64,000 nt of DNA, taken from NCBI GenBank assembly GCA_041601615.1, contig JBFIHX010000003.1, forward strand, positions 160,001-224,000, in the 5' to 3' direction. This DNA is from Thermoplasmatota archaeon (GTDB taxonomy: Archaea; Thermoplasmatota; E2; JACPAO01; JAHFTW01). The translations under genes and the position numbers were made by a program. Position 1 is the first letter of the stretch. The number at the start of each line of letters is the position of its first letter. Shown one piece after another: positions 58,058 through 64,000 of this stretch. The notes under the pieces were generated by a model. It saw only the letters and a list, made by a program, of their open reading frames with translations, did no database searches and was not told the DNA's origin.

Positions 58058-58965
58058 ACACGCTTGTAGATGAGAGCCGCAGCTCCAAGCACCGCCACAA
58101 GGCCAAGCAACGGAGCTCCCGGAGCCGAGTTGGCAGAATCCTCAGAATCCCTGGAAAATTCTGGCGACTGTCCGCTTTCAGCATCGGGGTCACGCTCGTA
58201 GATGAGATCCACGCTGCGTGCCACTGCGGACCCGTTCTTTCCAAATTCCAACGCCTCCGATGCCCGTCCCACGACGAACGATTCGCTCCAAAGTGTCGAC
58301 TCGATCATGTAGGCCTGCGAATCGGGCAAATCAAGGGAAATGCGGCCAATGGCGGTGCCGCCGCCCACGATGGACGGCACCTCGACCCATTGTTCATCCA
58401 CCACAAGGCGCGTGGTCACTTCACGCACCACGACTTGGGCCATGATTGCCTCCGATGCAGTCGTCCGCTCGTTGACAAGATACAGCGCGGCGTCAATATC
58501 GACGCGGCCGTTTGCGACGCCACGGGCGTTCAGATCCAAGTGGTCCACCAGGACTCCGATGTCCTCCACGTCCGGAGGCAACAGGTTCAGTTGGCGCACC
58601 TGAAGGTACCATTGGTCCACGAGGATGCCCTTGTCCAGCACATCCACCATGAGTCGAGAGGAGGCTTTGCGAGGAACCTCGACGGAGAGAGCTACAGAGA
58701 CCGCCTTTGCATCGTCCACGGCGTCCAATGGTTTCGTCGCAGACGCTGCCAGTAGGCCCGTGGCCTCATCGACTGCACGAACCCGGATGCTCCAGCCTTC
58801 GCCGGTGTAGCCTGATTCCACGGTGACATTCACGTCCAAGAGCACCGTGGATGAATGGACGGCCAGTGCTGTGACCGACACGTCTTCGATTCGTTCGCTT
58901 CCGTACCCATGGCCGGTACATCCGGCAAGCGCCAAGACCAGGAGCACAGTCCAAATCCATTTCAT
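58048..58965 (-). CDS. Surface protein with an N-terminal lipobox and a PG-type (PGF-CTERM-like) tail
   Basis: LALAGC; two beta-sandwich repeats; SAPGAP-hydrophobic-KR. Confidence 0.75.
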   Translation of the reverse strand: MKWIWTVLLVLALAGCTGHGYGSERIEDVSVTALAVHSSTVLLDVNVTVESGYTGEGWSIRVRAVDEATGLLAASATKPLDAVDDAKAVSVALSVEVPRKASSRLMVDVLDKGILVDQWYLQVRQLNLLPPDVEDIGVLVDHLDLNARGVANGRVDIDAALYLVNERTTASEAIMAQVVVREVTTRLVVDEQWVEVPSIVGGGTAIGRISLDLPDSQAYMIESTLWSESFVVGRASEALEFGKNGSAVARSVDLIYERDPDAESGQSPEFSRDSEDSANSAPGAPLLGLVAVLGAAALIYKRVQS

Positions 58966-59052
58966 GCGGTCAAGATATTGCTTGAGAATACAATGATTTC
59001 TGGAACATTGTTGAAACAAACACCTTCAATCCCTGTGCGCCTCCTAGCTCCT

Positions 59053-59679
59053 GTGACCGACCCGGTGCTGGCCCACCTGCCCGCCGCCATCGCCCACTGG
59101 CGCACCACCGACCCGGTGCTTGCGGAGCTTGCCGAATCCGATCCGCCGGGCGCTTGGCCGGACGACAACGACGACGCATTCGTGAGTCTGTGCCGCGCCA
59201 TCGTCCACCAACAAGTGAGTCTCGCGGCCGGACGCACCATCTACGGGCGCTTCGAAGCGGCTGTCGGCACCGTGGCCCCCGCCCACATCCTTGCTGCGGG
59301 CGAGGAGACATTGCGCGGCGCGGGCCTTTCTGGGCAAAAAACCAGCTATCTTCTTGACTTGTCAGGGCGAGTTCAAGATGGCTTATTGCACATTGATGCG
59401 CTTCACGCCATGGATGACGAGGCCGCTACGGCGGCCCTCGTGGCCGTGAAAGGAATTGGCGTTTGGACTGCCAAAATGTTCCTGCTTTTTCATCTTGGAC
59501 GATTGGATGTTTGTCCCTGGGAAGACCTAGGCGTCCGCTTGTCCGTGGAGCGTTTCTATGGCTTGCCCGAAAAGGAAGCCGCCGCTTGGATTCGCCATGA
59601 TGCTCAGGCTCGATGGAGTCCGTACAACAGCCTTGCTGCCCGGGTGCTGTGGAATGCCCGGCGGGTCGTGGAACCGTGA
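59053..59679 (+). CDS. alkA: DNA-3-methyladenine glycosylase II (AlkA family, HhH-GPD)
   Basis: AIVHQQVS, GLS..K..Y, VKGIG.WTA.M, DV.P.EDLGV and W.PY.S.A motifs. Confidence 0.9.
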   Translation: MTDPVLAHLPAAIAHWRTTDPVLAELAESDPPGAWPDDNDDAFVSLCRAIVHQQVSLAAGRTIYGRFEAAVGTVAPAHILAAGEETLRGAGLSGQKTSYLLDLSGRVQDGLLHIDALHAMDDEAATAALVAVKGIGVWTAKMFLLFHLGRLDVCPWEDLGVRLSVERFYGLPEKEAAAWIRHDAQARWSPYNSLAARVLWNARRVVEP

Positions 59680-60053
59680 CGCAGGCTGCGCCGATTCGCG
59701 CCGCCGGGGGCATCCTGTGGCGTGGCATTCGCGTCGCTGTGGTCCACCGCCACCGCTATGACGACTGGACCCTTCCTAAGGGCAAACTGGAACCGGGAGA
59801 GGACTGGGAAACCGGAGCTTTGCGCGAAGTGGAGGAGGAAACTGGCTGGAGCGTCCGGGTGCGTGAACCCGCCGGCATCGTGCACTACGAAGTCGAGGGA
59901 GTCCCCAAGGAAGTTCGTTGGTGGCACATGGATGCGCTCATCGAAACTGGCGCCGTGCCCGACCCAAACGAAGTGGACACAGTCGTCTGGATGACGGTGG
60001 AGGAAGCGCGGGCGCGGCTCTCCTACGACGACGAGCGCCGACTTCTCCCCTGA
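59676..60053 (+). CDS. NUDIX hydrolase
   Basis: HR.RYDDW.LPKG.LEPGE...ALREVEEETG Nudix box; GTGA overlap with the alkA stop. Confidence 0.92.
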   Translation: MTQAAPIRAAGGILWRGIRVAVVHRHRYDDWTLPKGKLEPGEDWETGALREVEEETGWSVRVREPAGIVHYEVEGVPKEVRWWHMDALIETGAVPDPNEVDTVVWMTVEEARARLSYDDERRLLP

Positions 60054-60121
60054 ATCGAAGCTGCCGGCCCCATACGGCCCAGACACGCGAAGTCAAGTGG
60101 AAGCCGAACCCAGGCTGGATT

Positions 60122-60478
60122 GTGCGCATCTGGGATGTCCCTCCCGGGGCCCTCTGCCGGCAGCATCTGCTTGGAGAACACCGGGAATTGCATGGTCTCT
60201 GGAACATCCTGACCCAAGGAAAGTCCGGCTACGCCCGCCACCCCGAAACGAGACGCTGGGAAGGGCGCTTACGGGCATTGCACCTGCGCCACCAACAATT
60301 GGTTGATGAATTGATGCAGCGTGGCTACAACCACCATTCGCCCCTAGCCGAATCGCTTGCCACCGGGAGCGCAATTCAGGACCGATTCATCGACTCCATC
60401 GAGCGCCAATGGGAAATTCTAGCAGACAAGCCTTGTGTCTGCCCTCTCGAACCCCCGCCAGTTGCACCCAAACCCTAG
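60122..60478 (+). CDS. Pyrimidine-dimer DNA glycosylase/endonuclease V-like protein
   Basis: RIWD.PP..LCRQHLLGEHRELH, HPET.RW and RH..LV.E...RGY.H.SP motifs. Confidence 0.82.
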   Translation: MRIWDVPPGALCRQHLLGEHRELHGLWNILTQGKSGYARHPETRRWEGRLRALHLRHQQLVDELMQRGYNHHSPLAESLATGSAIQDRFIDSIERQWEILADKPCVCPLEPPPVAPKP

Positions 60479-61338
60479 GTATCCCAGTGGACACTGCGTC
60501 GCCAGTCGATGCCGACCGTACGCGCTCCGATCTTGGCCACCATGGGCGCGTGGCGCTTATGCTCCGAGCGCCGAACCATGGTTTCGATGCGCTGCACATC
60601 CGCGAGCGTTTCGCCCGTGCGCCGTGCAATGTCTTCCACGCCCGTATTCAATTCGATGCCCTTCAGAATTGCATCGAGGCGGACGTAGCTCATGCCAAGG
60701 TCTTCTTCGTCCGTCTGGCCCGGATGCAGACCCGCCGACGGAGGGCGCGCCACGAGGTCCGCCGGCAGTCCCATGTGGGCTGCCAATTCGATGACCTGTG
60801 TCTTGTACAAGTCGCCGATCGGCTCTAGGTCTACGCCGCCGTCGCCGTGCTTCGTGAAGTACCCGACGAGAAGCTCCGATTTGTTGCCGGTGCCGCACAC
60901 GAGCCGGCCGCGTCCTTGGGCTTCGGCGTACAGGAACATCATGCGCGCGCGGGCCTTCGCGTTGCCATGCACGTAGGAATCAGGAACAAACCCGAGCGCC
61001 TGCTCGAGCCCCGAGACGATGGGCGTAATGTCTCGCGTGACCGATTCAATGCCAAGATGCTTGCAGAGCGCCTCGCCCGCAACAACATCGCCAGGGTCCG
61101 ATTCTTTGTGGGGCATGCGGATGCCAAGCACGTTGTCCGCGCCGACCGCCTCCACGCACAGAGCCGCCGTCAAGGACGAGTCGATGCCGCCGCTGATGCC
61201 CACCACGAACCCCGAGGCCCCGCTGCGCGCCAGGTGATCGCCGAGGAACCGAACGATGATGCGCTTCCACTCCTCGGGGGAGCCGACGGGAACGGACACA
61301 GGCGCTGCGAGCGGCGCGGCGGCTTTGGCCGTTGCCAT
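60475..61338 (-). CDS. nadE: NAD+ synthetase (single-domain)
   Basis: GISGGIDSS, N.KARARM, GTGNKSE...GYFTK.GDG, PI.DLYKT and PSA.L..GQTDEE.LG motifs. Confidence 0.95.
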   Translation of the reverse strand: MATAKAAAPLAAPVSVPVGSPEEWKRIIVRFLGDHLARSGASGFVVGISGGIDSSLTAALCVEAVGADNVLGIRMPHKESDPGDVVAGEALCKHLGIESVTRDITPIVSGLEQALGFVPDSYVHGNAKARARMMFLYAEAQGRGRLVCGTGNKSELLVGYFTKHGDGGVDLEPIGDLYKTQVIELAAHMGLPADLVARPPSAGLHPGQTDEEDLGMSYVRLDAILKGIELNTGVEDIARRTGETLADVQRIETMVRRSEHKRHAPMVAKIGARTVGIDWRRSVHWDT

Positions 61339-61385
61339 AATCGGGCCGGGGCAGGGTTCAAGCGCCGCGCCAGGGTCCAACGCTC

Positions 61386-62186
61386 GTGAAGGTCGCCCTC
61401 CATAGCGCCGCACCCGCGCTTGGCAACGTCGCCCGCAACGTCCAGACCGTGGCCAAAGCCATGGCAACCGACGACGAACTCGTGGTGTTTCCGGAGCTGT
61501 TCTTGACGGGGTACAACATCGGCGACGACGTACAACGGCTGGCACTCACGGCCGGCGACGAACGCCTGGAGCCCCTGCGCGAAGCGGCTCGCAAACACAG
61601 CACGCACCTCGTCGTGGGCGCCCCGCTTCGCATTCGGCCTGGCCTCACGTACAACGCGGCCCTCTGCATCGACGCGGACGGAACCGAGACATGGATTCCC
61701 AAGCGGGCGCTTCCCACCTTCACCACGTTCCGTGAGGGCCTCTTTTTTGCCCATGGCGACGCGCAACCGGTTTGGCACACGAGCCTCGGCACCATTGGTG
61801 TAAGCATCTGCTACGACCTGTACTTTCCCGAATTCCAAAAGCAGCAGGTGATGGAGGGTGCGGATGTGCTTCTCAATATCAGCGCCAGCCCCAGTGCCAG
61901 CCGCCGCTTTTTTGAGGCCTTGTTGCCCGCCCGCGCCATTGAAAACGCCTGCTTCAGCCTCTACAGCAACAACGTCGGCGCCCAAGACGGCATCGTATTC
62001 TGGGGTGGTAGCCGCGCCATTGGCCCACGAGGCGACATCATTGCTCAAACGGAACCATTCGAGGACCAAGTTGCCCGCGCAGAATTGAACCTAGACGACC
62101 TCGTGGCCGCCCGCGAATTCCGGCCGACGCTTCGAGACAGCCGCCACTGGACAGAAGCCATGACTCCCGCCGAGGCCGAGGCATAA
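61386..62186 (+). CDS. Carbon-nitrogen hydrolase (nitrilase superfamily)
   Basis: FPELFLTGY (Glu), K..LP (Lys) and ICYD..FPE (Cys) catalytic-triad motifs. Confidence 0.92.
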   Translation: MKVALHSAAPALGNVARNVQTVAKAMATDDELVVFPELFLTGYNIGDDVQRLALTAGDERLEPLREAARKHSTHLVVGAPLRIRPGLTYNAALCIDADGTETWIPKRALPTFTTFREGLFFAHGDAQPVWHTSLGTIGVSICYDLYFPEFQKQQVMEGADVLLNISASPSASRRFFEALLPARAIENACFSLYSNNVGAQDGIVFWGGSRAIGPRGDIIAQTEPFEDQVARAELNLDDLVAAREFRPTLRDSRHWTEAMTPAEAEA

Positions 62187-62188
62187 CC

Positions 62189-62872
62189 GTGCGCTGCATC
62201 ATTCTTCTAAGCGGCGGAAAAGACAGTGTCGCCGCCGTCGAAGTCGCCCAAATGCACGGATGGGACGTAGTCGCAGCCCTCCGAATGGTCCCCGTTGAAG
62301 ACGACGCTTGGATGTTTCATACCCCCAATCTCAACGTCGTCGAAGGCATTGCCGAAGCCCTCGGAATCCCGCTCGTCACCGCCGCCGCCCGCGCAGACCC
62401 CGTGCTGGAAGTGGAGGACCTAGAAGCAGCACTCGTGGCCGCCAAGAAGGAATTCAACCTCGACGCCGTGCTCAGCGGCGCGCTTGCCAGTGAATACCAG
62501 CGCACCCGCATCGACGCCATCGGCCACCGCATCGGCCTGCACACGTTCGCACCGCTCTGGCACAAAGACCCTGACACCTACATGGACAGCCTCCTGAAGG
62601 CTGGCTACCACATCCGATTCAGCCGGGTCGCCGCCGATGGACTGGACGCATCCTGGGCCGGAGCAAGGCTCGACCAAGAAAAACTGGAGCAGCTTCGCGG
62701 CATGCGCATGCACGTCGCCGGCGAGGGCGGAGAATACGAAACACTGGTACTGGACGCGCCGCACTACCTCCATGCGCTGGAAATCACGGAAGCTGAGGTT
62801 GTGGCGACGGCGAGTCGGGCGACGTGGAACGTACAAGCCGTTCACTCATTGCCCAAGCGCCCCAGCCCCTGA
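62189..62872 (+). CDS. Diphthine--ammonia ligase (Dph6 family)
   Basis: LSGGKDS, MFHTPN, GA.ASEYQR.R, PLW and GEGGEYETLV.DAP motifs. Confidence 0.9.
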   Translation: MRCIILLSGGKDSVAAVEVAQMHGWDVVAALRMVPVEDDAWMFHTPNLNVVEGIAEALGIPLVTAAARADPVLEVEDLEAALVAAKKEFNLDAVLSGALASEYQRTRIDAIGHRIGLHTFAPLWHKDPDTYMDSLLKAGYHIRFSRVAADGLDASWAGARLDQEKLEQLRGMRMHVAGEGGEYETLVLDAPHYLHALEITEAEVVATASRATWNVQAVHSLPKRPSP

Positions 62873-62883
62873 TGCTTCAAAGG

Positions 62884-63807
62884 TCACGAATTTCGACGGA
62901 CTGCCTTCGTTCCCAAGTACCCAGCGTGGCTGATGCCAAGAATCCCAACTATGCCCCCGGATACCAAAGGCAATTGATCGCACCCGCCAATTGAACATGG
63001 ATCGCCGACCAATAGGTTCCAAACGGTCCAGGAGAATGCCATCATGGCCAGGAACGTAAACAACACAAGTTGTGCCCTGCCCAAGTCGGCACGACCCATG
63101 TTCGCCCGGTCCTCGCTCATGAGCATGTCCATCGGCGTCGCGCCCCTCGCGGACGGTCGGCTCAGGTCCGGACTGTCGGGCAACTTATTTTGGTGGTTTC
63201 GAATGGAATTCAGAAGAAACGGAGTGGCGATAGGAAGCGAATCAGGCTGGGGCGCACGAGGATCGCCGGCCAGTGCCCCAGCGGCCCCACGCGCCCGCAG
63301 CAACGCCTTTCGAGTGCCCGCATCCAAGCCGTGCTCGCGAGTCGCCGCTTCCACATAACTGTCAAAGTTGTTCACCACGTCGGCAATGGGGTCGAGTGCT
63401 TGGGCGCGCCCTTCTCGCGATTGGATGAATGTGGCGGTCCCGAAGCTTGCGCTCGTTAGTCCCATGAGATACACCAAATTTGGATCGATTCCCACGTTCA
63501 TAGGGTCTGCTGCTCCCGCCGCAAGCCGCAGTTGCCAAAAGGTGAGAAACGTGCCCAGAATGAGCACCGACCACATCAGAGTGTACGAGTGGGACATGCT
63601 CCAGCGGTTGTTCTTGTTCAGGAAAATTCCCTTAAGCGAACCCTGTGCCACCGCTCCGAATCCTACGAAGAAGGAGAACAGGGCGATGAGATGAACAAGC
63701 CAAGCAAGGCGGGCTGCATCGATTCCTCGCAGGGCCCAAAAGCCCAATCCGATGCTTGCAATCATCAAAGCCCACCCAACGCCACGGACGAGCCGGAATT
63801 GACCCAT
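62884..63807 (-). CDS. Hypothetical multi-pass membrane protein
   Basis: Several TM helices; ID..LV.LMG..S.S, DL.R.Q...FT and LP.V....GIS..GYLG.K motifs; start uncertain (63807 or upstream). Confidence 0.7.
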   Translation of the reverse strand: MGQFRLVRGVGWALMIASIGLGFWALRGIDAARLAWLVHLIALFSFFVGFGAVAQGSLKGIFLNKNNRWSMSHSYTLMWSVLILGTFLTFWQLRLAAGAADPMNVGIDPNLVYLMGLTSASFGTATFIQSREGRAQALDPIADVVNNFDSYVEAATREHGLDAGTRKALLRARGAAGALAGDPRAPQPDSLPIATPFLLNSIRNHQNKLPDSPDLSRPSARGATPMDMLMSEDRANMGRADLGRAQLVLFTFLAMMAFSWTVWNLLVGDPCSIGGCDQLPLVSGGIVGILGISHAGYLGTKAVRRNS

Positions 63808-64000
63808 GCGGGCGTATGGATTCTGGATTATGTCCGTTTCTCCATCGGCCTGAAGCCGGACCGGTCCGCATCGAGGGTGCGGCAACAACAAAGGGGAGGA
63901 GAAAGGGGGAGAGGATTGCTCGGGTCGAAACCGAGCGAAGTCCAAGCGAGGGTGCCTGTCGGATTAACCGAACAGAGCGCCGAGGCCGGCGGCAGCTTCG

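Overview
64 kb of a high-GC archaeal chromosome, most plausibly Thermoplasmatota (inference from eL15, PurP-family ligase, Dph6, archaeal YchF, HTH_10 regulator, TATA-like motifs ~22-27 bp before start codons and PGF-CTERM-like tails). No rRNA, tRNA, CRISPR array, integrase or transposase was seen. Housekeeping genes (aconitase, acs, acyl-CoA dehydrogenase, nadE, rsmA, DNA glycosylases, NSS/OPT/DASS transporters, dps) are interspersed with many uncharacterised secreted, lipoprotein and surface proteins. Most notable: (i) a candidate trans-membrane signalling system with a double winged-HTH module that is fused to a large ectodomain in one gene and split from an ectodomain-TM-TPR protein in another locus; (ii) three paralogous surface proteins with invariant His motifs and an ESPG sorting tail; (iii) a 198-bp duplicate of the acyl-CoA dehydrogenase 3' end whose 8 differences are all synonymous; (iv) a His/Cys-rich putative metal-binding island with an in-frame stop after a Shine-Dalgarno-led ATG; (v) an OPT transporter paired with a stand-alone PqqD/RRE protein; (vi) strand-skew domains that flip independently of gene direction. 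All calls were made by eye from sequence motifs; no database search was run.
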